Source: the human T2T-CHM13v2.0 reference genome, Homo sapiens
Length of the DNA stretch: 64,000 bases
Direction: 5' to 3' (one strand)
Assembly: GCF_009914755.1 (NCBI RefSeq)
Contig: NC_060925.1
Below, piece after piece: positions 43,801 to 58,400 of the stretch; the first letter of the stretch is position 1, and each line of letters starts with the position of its first letter. The notes below the pieces were generated by a model, which had not been told where the DNA came from, searched no databases, and worked only from the letters and a program-made list of their open reading frames with translations. The translations under genes were made by a program, and so were the position numbers.

Positions 43801-45117
43801 TTCTAATGGAAAGGAATGGAATCATCGCATAGAATCGAATGGAATTATCATCGAATGGAATCGAATGGTATCAACACCAAACGGAAAAAAACGGAATTAT
43901 CGAATGGAATCGAAGAGAATCTTCGAACGGACCCGAATGGAATCATCTAATGGAATGGAATGGAATAATCCATGGACTCGAATGCAATCATCATCGAATG
44001 GAATCGAATGGAATCATCGAATGGACTCGAATGGAATAATCATTGCACGGAATCGATTGGAATCATCATCGGATGGAAACGAATGGAATCATCATCGAAT
44101 GGAAATGAAAGGAGTCATCATCTAATGGAATTGCATGGAATCATCATAAAATGGAATCGAATGGAATCAACATCAAATGGAATCAAATGGAATCATTGAA
44201 CGGAATTGAATGGAATCGTCATCGAATGAATTGACTGCAATCATCCAATGGTCTCGAATGGAATCATCTTCAAGTGGAATGGAATGGAATCATCGCATAG
44301 AATCGAATGGAATTATCATCGAATGGAATCGAATGGTATCAACACCAAACGGAAAAAAACGGAATTATCAAATGGAATCGAAGAGAATCTTCGAACGGAC
44401 CCGAATGGAATCATCTAATGGAATGGAATGGAATAATCCATGGACTCGAATGCAATCATCATCGAATGGAATCGAATGGAATCATCGAATGGACTCGAAT
44501 GGAATAATCATTGAACGGAATCGAATGGAATCATCATCGGATGGAAACGAATGGAATCATCATCGAATGGAAATGAAAGGAGTCATCATCTAATGGAATT
44601 GCATGGAATCATCATAAAATGGAATCGAATGGAATCAACATCAAATGGAATCAAATGGAATCATTGAACGGAATTGAATGGAATCGTCATCGAATGAATT
44701 GACTGCAATCACGCAATGGTCTCGAATGGAATCATCTTCAAATGGAATGGAATGGAATCATCGCATAGAATCGAATGGAATTATCATCGAATGGAATCGA
44801 ATGGAATCAACATCAAACGGAAAAAAACGGAATTATCGAATGGAATCGAAGAGAATCATCGAATGGACCCGAATGGAATCATCTAATGGAATGGAATGGA
44901 ATAATCCATGGACTCGAATGCAATCATCATCGAATGGAATCGAATGGAATCATCGAATGGACTCGAATGGAATAATCATTGAACGGAATCGAGTGGAATC
45001 ATCATCGGATGGAAATGAATGGAATCATCATCGAATGGAATCGAATAGAATTATGGAATGAAATCCAGTGTGATCATCATCGAATGGACCCGAATGGAAT
45101 CATCATCCAACGGAAGC

Positions 45118-45128
45118 TAATGGAATCA
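45118..45128 (+). promoter_or_regulatory. Candidate double-homeodomain (DUX4-like) site TAATGGAATCA, representative; about 2 per unit
   Basis: Seen at 45118-45128 and 45961-45971 and at equivalent positions in other units. It matches TAAYYYAATCA at 9/11 with both cores (TAAT-N3-ATCA) intact. DUX4 activation of HSATII is established; binding at these exact sites is inference. Confidence 0.3.
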
Positions 45129-45985
45129 ACATCGAATGAATCAAATGGAAACACCATCGAATTGAAACGAATGGAATTATCATGAAATTGAAATGGATGG
45201 ACTCATCATCGAATGGATTCGAATGGAATCATCGAATAAAATTGATTGAAATCATCATCGAATGGAATCGAATGGTATCATTGAATGGAATCGAATGGAA
45301 TCATCATCAGATGGAAATGAATGGAATCGTCATAGAATGGAATCGAATGGATTCATTGAATGGAATCAGATGGAATCATCGAATGGACTGGAATGGAATC
45401 ATTGAATGGACTCGAAAGGGATCATGATTGAATGGAATTGAATGGAATCATCGAATGGTCTCGATTGGAATCATTATCAAATGGAATCGAATGGAATCAC
45501 CGAATAGAATCGAATGGAACAATCATCGAATGGACTCAAATGGAATTATCCTCCAATGGAATGGAATGGAATTATCGAATGCAATCGAATGGAATTATCG
45601 AATGCAATCGAATAGAATCATCGAATGGACTCGAATGGAATCATCGAATGGAATGGAATGGAACAGTCAATGAACTCGAATGGAATCATCATTGAATGGA
45701 ATCGAATGGAATCATCGAGTGGAATCGAATGGAATTATGATCAAATGGAATCGAATGTAATCATCATCAAATGGAATCAAAAATAACCATCATCAATTGG
45801 TATTGAATGGAATTGTCATCAAATGGAATTCAAAGGAATCATCATCAAATGGAACCGAATGGAATCCTCATTGAATGGAAATGAAAGGGGTCATCATCTA
45901 ATGGAATCGCATGGAATCATCATCAAATGGAATCGAATGGAATCATCATCAAATGGAATCTAATGGAATCATTGAACAGAATTGA

Positions 45986-46453
45986 ATGGAATCGTCATCG
46001 AATGAATTGAATGCAATCATCGAATGGTCTCGAATGGATTCATCTTCTAATGGAAAGGAATGGAATCATCGCATAGAATCGAATGGAATTATCATCGAAT
46101 GGAATCGAATGGTATCAACACCAAACGGAAAAAAACGGAATTATCGAATGGAATCGAAGAGAATCTTCGAACGGACCCGAATGGAATCATCTAATGGAAT
46201 GGAATGGAATAATCCATGGACTCGAATGCAATCATCATCGAATGGAATCGAATGGAATCATCGAATGGACTCGAATGGAATAATCATTGAACGGAATCGA
46301 TTGGAATCATCATCGGATGGAAACGAATGGAATCATCATCGAATGGAAATGAAAGGAGTCATCATCTAATGGAATTGCATGGAATCATCATAAAATGGAA
46401 TCGAATGGAATCAACATCAAATGGAATCAAATGGAATCATTGAACGGAATTGA
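45986..46453. repeat. 468-bp internal module (representative copy), present 1-4 times per unit
   Basis: The GAATTGAATGGAATCGTCATCGAATGAATTG anchor recurs at 468-bp spacing (45986/46454; 43742/44210/44678; 2764/3232; 3674/4142). 1308 = 1776-468 and 2244 = 1776+468. Confidence 0.92.
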
Positions 46454-49400
46454 ATGGAATCGTCATCGAATGAATTGACTGCAATCACGCAATGGTCTCG
46501 AATGGAATCATCTTCAAATGGAATGGAATGGAATCATCGCATAGAATCGAATGGAATTATCATCGAATGGAATCGAATGGAATCAACATCAAACGGAAAA
46601 AAACGGAATTATCGAATGGAATCGAAGAGAATCATCGAATGGACCCGAATGGAATCATCTAATGGAATGGAATGGAATAATCCATGGACTCGAATGCAAT
46701 CATCATCGAATGGAATCGAATGGAATCATCGAATGGACTCGAATGGAATAATCATTGAACGGAATCGAGTGGAATCATCATCGGATGGAAATGAATGGAA
46801 TCATCATCGAATGGAATCGAATAGAATTATGGAATGAAATCCAGTGTGATCATCATCGAATGGACCCGAATGGAATCATCATCCAACGGAAGCTAATGGA
46901 ATCAACATCGAATGAATCAAATGGAAACACCATCGAATTGAAACGAATGGAATTATCATGAAATTGAAATGGATGGACTCATCATCGAATGGATTCGAAT
47001 GGAATCATCGAATAAAATTGATTGAAATCATCATCGAATGGAATCGAATGGTATCATTGAATGGAATCGAATGGAATCATCATCAGATGGAAATGAATGG
47101 AATCGTCATAGAATGGAATCGAATGGATTCATTGAATGGAATCAGATGGAATCATCGAATGGACTGGAATGGAATCATTGAATGGACTCGAAAGGGATCA
47201 TGATTGAATGGAATTGAATGGAATCATCGAATGGTCTCGATTGGAATCATTATCAAATGGAATCGAATGGAATCACCGAATAGAATCGAATGGAACAATC
47301 ATCGAATGGACTCAAATGGAATTATCCTCCAATGGAATGGAATGGAATTATCGAATGCAATCGAATGGAATTATCGAATGCAATCGAATAGAATCATCGA
47401 ATGGACTCGAATGGAATCATCGAATGGAATGGAATGGAACAGTCAATGAACTCGAATGGAATCATCATTGAATGGAATCGAATGGAATCATCGAGTGGAA
47501 TCGAATGGAATTATGATCAAATGGAATCGAATGTAATCATCATCAAATGGAATCAAAAATAACCATCATCAATTGGTATTGAATGGAATTGTCATCAAAT
47601 GGAATTCAAAGGAATCATCATCAAATGGAACCGAATGGAATCCTCATTGAATGGAAATGAAAGGGGTCATCATCTAATGGAATCGCATGGAATCATCATC
47701 AAATGGAATCGAATGGAATCATCATCAAATGGAATCTAATGGAATCATTGAACAGAATTGAATGGAATCGTCATCGAATGAATTGAATGCAATCATCGAA
47801 TGGTCTCGAATGGATTCATCTTCTAATGGAAAGGAATGGAATCATCGCATAGAATCGAATGGAATTATCATCGAATGGAATCGAATGGTATCAACACCAA
47901 ACGGAAAAAAACGGAATTATCGAATGGAATCGAAGAGAATCTTCGAACGGACCCGAATGGAATCATCTAATGGAATGGAATGGAATAATCCATGGACTCG
48001 AATGCAATCATCATCGAATGGAATCGAATGGAATCATCGAATGGACTCGAATGGAATAATCATTGAACGGAATCGATTGGAATCATCATCGGATGGAAAC
48101 GAATGGAATCATCATCGAATGGAAATGAAAGGAGTCATCATCTAATGGAATTGCATGGAATCATCATAAAATGGAATCGAATGGAATCAACATCAAATGG
48201 AATCAAATGGAATCATTGAACGGAATTGAATGGAATCGTCATCGAATGAATTGACTGCAATCATCCAATGGTCTCGAATGGAATCATCTTCAAATGGAAT
48301 GGAATGGAATCATCGCATAGAATCGAATGGAATTATCATCGAATGGAATCGAATGGAATCAACATCCAACGGAAAAAAACGGAATTATCGAATGGAATCG
48401 AAGAGAATCATCGAATGGACCCGAATGGAATCATGTAATGGAATGGAATGGAATAATCCATGGACTCGAATGCAATCATCATCGAATGGAATCGAATGGA
48501 ATCATCGAATGGACTCGAATGGAATAATCATTGAACGGAATCGAATGGAATCATCATCGGATGGAAATGAATGGAATCATCATCGAATGGAATCGAATAG
48601 AATTATGGAATGAAATCCAGTGTGATCATCATCGAATGGACCCGAATGGAATCATCATCCAACGGAAGCTAATGGAATCAACATCGAATGAATCAAATGG
48701 AAACACCATCGAATTGAAACGAATGGAATTATCATGAAATTGAAATGGATGGACTCATCATCGAATGGATTCGAATGGAATCATCGAATAAAATTGATTG
48801 AAATCATCATCGAATGGAATCGAATGGTATCATTGAATGGAATCGAATGGAATCATCATCAGATGGAAATGAATGGAATCGTCATAGAATGGAATCGAAT
48901 GGATTCATTGAATGGAATCAGATGGAATCATCGAATGGACTGGAATGGAATCATTGAATGGACTCGAAAGGGATCATGATTGAATGGAATTGAATGGAAT
49001 CATCGAATGGTCTCGATTGGAATCATTATCAAATGGAATCGAATGGAATCACCGAATAGAATCGAATGGAACAATCATCAAATGGACTCAAATGGAATTA
49101 TCCTCAAATGGAATCGAATGGAATTATCGAATGCAATCGAATGGAATTATCGAATGCAATCGAATAGAATCATCGAATGGACTCGAATGGAATCATCGAA
49201 TGGAATGGAATGGAACAGTCAATGAACACGAATGGAATCATCATTGAATGGAATCGAATGGAATCATCGAGTGGAATCGAATGGAATTATGATCAAATGG
49301 AATCGAATGTAATCATCATCAAATGGAATCAAAAATAACCATCATCAATTGGTATTGAATGGAATTGTCATCAAATGGAATTCAAAGGAATCATCATCAA

Positions 49401-52400
49401 ATGGAACCGAATGGAATCCTCATTGAATGGAAATGAAAGGGGTCATCATCTAATGGAATCGCATGGAATCATCATAAAATGGAATCGAATGGAATCAACA
49501 TCAAATGGAATCAAATGGAATCATTGAACGGAATTGAATGGAATCGTCATCGAATGAATTGGATGCAATCATCGAATGGTCTCGAATGGAATCTTCTTCA
49601 AATGGAATGGAATGGAATCATCGCATAGAATCGAATGGAATTATCATCGAATGGAATCGAATGGAATCAACATCAAACGGAAAAAAACGGAATTATCGAA
49701 TGGAACCGAAGAGAATCATCGAATGGACCCGAATGGAATCATCTAATAGAATGGAATGGAATAATCCATGGACTCGAATGCAATCATCATCGAATGGAAT
49801 CGAATGGAATCATCGAATGGACTCGAATGGAATAATCATTGAACGGAATCGATTGGAATCATCATCGGATGGAAACGAATGGAATCATCATCGAATGGAA
49901 ATGAAAGGAGTCATCATCTAATGGAATTGCATGGAATCATCATAAAATGGAATCGAATGGAATCAACATCAAATGGAATCAAATGGAATCATTGAACGGA
50001 ATTGAATGGAATCGTCATCGAATGAATTGACTGCAATCATCCAATGGTCTCGAATGGAATCATCTTCAAATGGAATGGAATGGAATCATCGCATAGAAGC
50101 GAATGGAATTATCATCGAATGGAATCGAATGGAATCAACATCCAACGGAAAAAAACGGAATTATCGAATGGAATCGAAGAGAATCATCGAATGGACCCGA
50201 ATGGAATCATCTAATGGAATGGAATGGAATAATCCATGGACTCGAATGCAATCATCATCGAATGGAATCGAATGGAATCATCGAATGGACTCGAATGGAA
50301 TAATCATTGAACGGAATCGAATGGAATCATCATCGGATGGAAATGAATGGAATCATCATCGAATGGAATCGAATAGAATTATGGAATGAAATCCAGTGTG
50401 ATCATCATCGAATGGACCCGAATGGAATCATCATCCAACGGAAGCTAATGGAATCAACATCGAATGAATCAAATGGAAACACCATCGAATTGAAACGAAT
50501 GGAATTATCATGAAATTGAAATGGATGGACTCATCATCGAATGGATTCGAAAGGAATCATCGAATAAAATTGATTGAAATCATCATCGAATGGAATCGAA
50601 TGGTATCATTGAATGGAATCGAATGGAATCATCATCAGATGGAAATGAATGGAATCGTCATAGAATGGAATCGAATGGATTCATTGAATGGAATCAGATG
50701 GAATCATCGAATGGACTGGAATGGAATCATTGAATGGACTCGAAAGGGATCATGATTGAATGGAATTGAATGGAATCATCGAATGGTCTCGATTGGAATC
50801 ATTATCAAATGGAATCGAATGGAATCACCGAATAGAATCGAATGGAACAATCATCGAATGGACTCAAATGGAATTATCCTCCAATGGAATCGAATGGAAT
50901 TATCGAATGCAATCGAATGGAATTATCGAATGCAATCGAATAGAATCATCGAATGGACTCGAATGGAATCATCGAATGGAATGGAATGGAACAGTCAATG
51001 AACTCGAATGGAATCATCATTGAATGGAATCGAATGGAATCATCGAGTGGAATCGAATGGAATTATGATCAAATGGAATCGAATGTAATCATCATCAAAT
51101 GGAATCAAAAATAACCATCATCAATTGGTATTGAATGGAATTGTCATCAAATGGAATTCAAAGGAATCAATATCAAATGGAACCGAATGGAATCCTCATT
51201 GAATGGAAATGAAAGGGGTCATCATCTAATGGAATCGCATGGAATCATCATCAAATGGAATCGAATGGAATCATCATCAAATGGAATCTAATGGAATCAT
51301 TGAACAGAATTGAATGGAATCGTCATCGAATGAATTGAATGCAATCATCGAATGGTCTCGAATGGAATCATCTTCTAATGGAAAGGAATGGAATCATCGC
51401 ATAGAATCGAATGGAATTATCATCGAATGGAATCGAATGGTATCAACACCAAACGGAAAAAAACGGAATTATCGAATGGAATCGAAGAGAATCTTCGAAC
51501 GGACCCGAATGGAATCATCTAATGGAATGGAATGGAATAATCCATGGACTCGAATGCAATCATCATCGAATGGAATCGAATGGAATCATCGAATGGACTC
51601 GAATGGAATAATCAGTGAACGGAATCGAATGGAATCATCATCAGATGGAAACGAATGGAATCATCATCGAATGGAAATGAAAGGAGTCATCATCTAATGG
51701 AATTGCATGGAATCATCATAAAATGGAATCGAATGGAATCAACATCAAATGGAATCAAATGGAATCATTGAACGGAATTGAATGGAATCGTCATCGAATG
51801 AATTGACTGCAATCATCCAATGGTCTCGAATGGAATCATCTTCAAATGGAATGGAATGGAATCATCGCATAGAATCGAATGGAATTATCATCGAATGGAA
51901 TCGAATGGAATCAACATCCAACGGAAAAAAACGGAATTATCGAATGGAATCGAAGAGAATCATCGAATGGACCCGAATGGAATCATGTAATGGAATGGAA
52001 TGGAATAATCCATGGACTCGAATGCAATCATCATCGAATGGAATCGAATGGAATCATCGAATGGACTCGAATGGAATAATCATTGAACGGAATCGAATGG
52101 AATCATCATCGGATGGAAATGAATGGAATCATCATCGAATGGAATCGAATAGAATTATGGAATGAAATCCAGTGTGATCATCATCGAATGGACCCGAATG
52201 GAATCATCATCCAACGGAAGCTAATGGAATCAACATCGAATGAATCGAATGGAAACACCATCGAATTGAAACGAATGGAATTATCATGAAATTGAAATAG
52301 ATGGACTCATCATCGAATGGATTCGAATGGAATCATCGAATAAAATTGATTGAAATCATCATCGAATGGAATCGAATGGTATCATTGAATGGAATCGAAT

Positions 52401-55400
52401 GGAATCATCATCAGATGGAAATGAATGGAATCGTCATAGAATGGAATCGAATGGATTCATTGAATGGAATCAGATGGAATCATCGAATGGACTGGAATGG
52501 AATCATTGAATGGACTCGAAAGGGATCATGATTGAATGGAATTGAATGGAATCATCGAATGGTCTCGATTGGAATCATTATCAAATGGAATCGAATGGAA
52601 TCACCGAATAGAATCGAATGGAACAATCATCGAATGGACTCAAATGGAATTATCCTCAAATGGAATCGAATGGAATTATCGAATGCAATCGAATGGAATT
52701 TTCGAATGCAATCGAATAGAATCATCGAATGGACTCGAATGGAATCATCGAATGGAATGGAATGGAACAGTCAATGAACACGAATGGAATCATCATTGAA
52801 TGGAATCGAATGGAATCATCGAGTGGAATCGAATTGAATTATGATCAAATGGAATCGAATGTAATCATCATCAAATGGAATCAAAAATAACCATCATCAA
52901 TTGCTATTGAATGGAATTGTCATCAAATGGAATTCAAAGGAATCATCATCAAATGGAACCGAATGGAATCCTCATTGAATGGAAATGAAAGGGGTCATCA
53001 TCTAATGGAATCGCATGGAATCATCATCAAATGGAATCAAATGGAATCATCATCAAATGGAATCTAATGGAATCATTGAACAGAATTGAATGGAATCGTC
53101 ATCAAATGAATTGAATGCAATCATCGAATGGTCTCGAATGGAATCATCTTCTAATGGAAAGGAATGGAATCATCGCATAGAATCGAATGGAATTATCATC
53201 GAATGGAATCGAATGGTATCAACACCAAACGGAAAAAAACGGAATTATCGAATGGAATCGAAGAGAATCTTCGAACGGACCCGAATGGAATCATCTAATG
53301 GAATGGAATGGAATAATCCATGGACTCGAATGCAATCATCATCGAATGGAATCGAATGGAATCATCGAATGGACTCGAATGGAATAATCATTGAACGGAA
53401 TCGAATGGAATCATCATCGGATGGAAACGAATGGAATCATCATCGAATGGAAATGAAAGGAGTCATCATCTAATGCAATTGCATGGAATCATCATCAAAT
53501 GGAATCGAATGGAATCAACATCAAATGGAATCTAATGGAATCATTGAACAGAATTGAATGGAATCGTCATCGAATGAATTGACTGCAATCATCGAATGGT
53601 CTCGAATGGAATCATCTTCAAATGGAATGGAATGGAATCATCGCATAGAATCGAATGGAATTATCATCGAATGGAATCGAATGGAATCAACATCAAACGG
53701 AAAAAAACAGAATTATCGAATGGAATCGAAGAGAATCATCGCATGGACCCGAATGGAATCATCTAATGGAATGGAATGGAATAATCCATGGACTCGAATG
53801 CAATCATCATCGAATGGAATCGAATGGAATCATCGAGTGGACTCGAATGGAATAATCATTGAACGGAATCGAATGGAATCATCATCGGATGGAAATGAAT
53901 GGAATCATCATCGAATGGAATCGAATAGAATTATGGAATGAAATCCAGTGTGATCATCATCGAATGGACCCGAATGGAATCATCATCCAACGGAAGCTAA
54001 TGGAATCAACATCGAATGAATCAAATGGAAACACCATCGAATTGAAACGAATGGAATTATCATGAAATTGAAATGGATGGACTCATCATCGAATGGATTC
54101 GAATGGAATCATCGAATAAAATTGATTGAAATCATCATCGAATGGAATCGAATGGTATCATTGAATGGAATCGAATGGAATCATCATCAGATGGAAATGA
54201 ATGGAATCGTCATAGAATGGAATCGAATGGATTCATTGAATGGAATCAGATGGAATCATCGAATGGACTGGAATGGAATCATTGAATGGACGCAAAAGGG
54301 ATCATGATTGAATGGAATTGAATGGAATCATCGAATGGTCTCGATTGGAATCATTATCAAATGGAATCGAATGGAATCACCGAATAGAATCGAATGGAAC
54401 AATCATCGAATGGACTCAAATGGAATTATCCTCAAATGGAATGGAATGGAATTATCGAATGCAATCGAATGGAATTATCGAATGCAATCGAATAGAATCA
54501 TCGAATGGACTCGAATGGAATCATCGAATGGAATGGAATGGAACAGTCAATGAACTCGAATGGAATCATCATTGAATGGATTCGAATGGAATCATCGAGT
54601 GGAATCGAATGGAATTATGATCAAATGGAATCGAATGTAATCATCATCAAATGGAATCAAAAATAACCATCATCAATTGGTATTGAATGGAATTGTCATC
54701 AAATGGAATTCAAAGGAATCATCATCAAATGGAACCGAATGGAATCCTCATTGAATGGAAATGAAAGGGGTCATCATCTAATGGAATCGCATGGAATCAT
54801 CATCAAATGGAATCGAATGGAATCATCATCAAATGGAATCTAATGGAATCATTGAACAGAATTGAATGGAATCGTCATCGAATGAATTGAATGCAATCAT
54901 CGAATGGTCTCGAATGGAATCATATTCTAATGGAAAGGATTGGAATCATCGCATAGAATCGAATGGAATTATCATCGAATGGAATCGAATGGTATCAACA
55001 CCAAACGGAAAAAAACGGAATTATCGAATGGAATCGAAGAGAATCTTCGAACGGACCCGAATGGAATCATCTAATGGAATGGAATGGAATAATCCATGGA
55101 CTCGAATGCAATCATCATCGAATGGAATCGAATGGAATCATCGAATGGACTCGAATGGAATAATCATTGAACGGAATCGATTGGAATCATCATCGGATGG
55201 AAACGAATGGAATCATCATCGAATGGAAATGAAAGGAGTCATCATCTAATGGAATTGCATGGAATCATCATAAAATGGAATCGAATGGAATCAACATCAA
55301 ATGGAATCAAATGGAATCATTGAACGGAATTGAATGGAATCGTCATCGAATGAATTGACTGCAATCATCCAATGGTCTCGAATGGAATCATCTTCAAATG

Positions 55401-58400
55401 GAATGGAATGGAATCATCGCATAGAATCGAATGGAATTATCATCGAATGGAATCGAATGGTATCAACACCAAACGGAAAAAAACGGAATTATCAAATGGA
55501 ATCGAAGAGAATCTTCGAACGGACCCGAATGGAATCATCTAATGGAATGGAATGGAATAATCCATGGACTCGAATGCAATCATCATCGAATGGAATCGAA
55601 TGGAATCATCGAATGGACTCGAATGGAATAATCATTGAACGGAATCGAATGGAATCATCATCGGATGGAAACGAATGGAATCATCATCGAATGGAAATGA
55701 AAGGAGTCATCATCTAATGGAATTGCATGGAATCATCATAAAATGGAATCGAATGGAATCAACATCAAATGGAATCAAATGGAATCATTGAACGGAATTG
55801 AATGGAATCGTCATCGAATGAATTGACTGCAATCACGCAATGGTCTCGAATGGAATCATCTTCAAATGGAATGGAATGGAATCATCGCATAGAATCGAAT
55901 GGAATTATCATCGAATGGAATCGAATGGAATCAACATCAAACGGAAAAAAACGGAATTATCGAATGGAATCGAAGAGAATCATCGAATGGACCCGAATGG
56001 AATCATCTAATGGAATGGAATGGAATAATCCATGGACTCGAATGCAATCATCATCGAATGGAATCGAATGGAATCATCGAATGGACTCGAATGGAATAAT
56101 CATTGAACGGAATCGAGTGGAATCATCATCGGATGGAAATGAATGGAATCATCATCGAATGGAATCGAATAGAATTATGGAATGAAATCCAGTGTGATCA
56201 TCATCGAATGGACCCGAATGGAATCATCATCCAACGGAAGCTAATGGAATCAACATCGAATGAATCAAATGGAAACACCATCGAATTGAAACGAATGGAA
56301 TTATCATGAAATTGAAATGGATGGACTCATCATCGAATGGATTCGAATGGAATCATCGAATAAAATTGATTGAAATCATCATCGAATGGAATCGAATGGT
56401 ATCATTGAATGGAATCGAATGGAATCATCATCAGATGGAAATGAATGGAATCGTCATAGAATGGAATCGAATGGATTCATTGAATGGAATCAGATGGAAT
56501 CATCGAATGGACTGGAATGGAATCATTGAATGGACTCGAAAGGGATCATGATTGAATGGAATTGAATGGAATCATCGAATGGTCTCGATTGGAATCATTA
56601 TCAAATGGAATCGAATGGAATCACCGAATAGAATCGAATGGAACAATCATCGAATGGACTCAAATGGAATTATCCTCCAATGGAATGGAATGGAATTATC
56701 GAATGCAATCGAATGGAATTATCGAATGCAATCGAATAGAATCATCGAATGGACTCGAATGGAATCATCGAATGGAATGGAATGGAACAGTCAATGAACT
56801 CGAATGGAATCATCATTGAATGGAATCGAATGGAATCATCGAGTGGAATCGAATGGAATTATGATCAAATGGAATCGAATGTAATCATCATCAAATGGAA
56901 TCAAAAATAACCATCATCAATTGGTATTGAATGGAATTGTCATCAAATGGAATTCAAAGGAATCATCATCAAATGGAACCGAATGGAATCCTCATTGAAT
57001 GGAAATGAAAGGGGTCATCATCTAATGGAATCGCATGGAATCATCATCAAATGGAATCGAATGGAATCATCATCAAATGGAATCTAATGGAATCATTGAA
57101 CAGAATTGAATGGAATCGTCATCGAATGAATTGAATGCAATCATCGAATGGTCTCGAATGGATTCATCTTCTAATGGAAAGGAATGGAATCATCGCATAG
57201 AATCGAATGGAATTATCATCGAATGGAATCGAATGGTATCAACACCAAACGGAAAAAAACGGAATTATCGAATGGAATCGAAGAGAATCTTCGAACGGAC
57301 CCGAATGGAATCATCTAATGGAATGGAATGGAATAATCCATGGACTCGAATGCAATCATCATCGAATGGAATCGAATGGAATCATCGAATGGACTCGAAT
57401 GGAATAATCATTGAACGGAATCGATTGGAATCATCATCGGATGGAAACGAATGGAATCATCATCGAATGGAAATGAAAGGAGTCATCATCTAATGGAATT
57501 GCATGGAATCATCATAAAATGGAATCGAATGGAATCAACATCAAATGGAATCAAATGGAATCATTGAACGGAATTGAATGGAATCGTCATCGAATGAATT
57601 GACTGCAATCATCCAATGGTCTCGAATGGAATCATCTTCAAATGGAATGGAATGGAATCATCGCATAGAATCGAATGGAATTATCATCGAATGGAATCGA
57701 ATGGAATCAACATCAAACGGAAAAAAACGGAATTATCGAATGGAATCGAAGAGAATCATCGAATGGACCCGAATGGAATCATCTAATGGAATGGAATGGA
57801 ATAATCCATGGACTCGAATGCAATCATCATCGAATGGAATCGAATGGAATCATCGAATGGACTCGAATGGAATAATCATTGAACGGAATCGAGTGGAATC
57901 ATCATCGGATGGAAATGAATGGAATCATCATCGAATGGAATCGAATAGAATTATGGAATGAAATCCAGTGTGATCATCATCGAATGGACCCGAATGGAAT
58001 CATCATCCAACGGAAGCTAATGGAATCAACATCGAATGAATCAAATGGAAACACCATCGAATTGAAACGAATGGAATTATCATGAAATTGAAATGGATGG
58101 ACTCATCATCGAATGGATTCGAATGGAATCATCGAATAAAATTGATTGAAATCATCATCGAATGGAATCGAATGGTATCATTGAATGGAATCGAATGGAA
58201 TCATCATCAGATGGAAATGAATGGAATCGTCATAGAATGGAATCGAATGGATTCATTGAATGGAATCAGATGGAATCATCGAATGGACTGGAATGGAATC
58301 ATTGAATGGACTCGAAAGGGATCATGATTGAATGGAATTGAATGGAATCATCGAATGGTCTCGATTGGAATCATTATCAAATGGAATCGAATGGAATCAC

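Noticed and set aside
45234-45240. AATAAA polyadenylation signal once per unit (CGAATAAAATTG)
   Set aside because: It is easily derived from GAATGGAA in A-rich sequence, with no clear downstream GU/U-rich element and no transcript data to support it.
46127-46140. GGAAAAAAACGG A7 run as a retro-insertion tail or terminator
   Set aside because: It is a same-length substitution variant of GGAATCAAGCGG/GGAATCGAATGG present in most modules.
46158-46175. Heat-shock element (GAAnnTTC) in AGAATCTTCGAAC
   Set aside because: Only two correctly phased nGAAn units are present; a canonical HSE needs three, and HSF1 stress bodies are mainly linked to HSat3.
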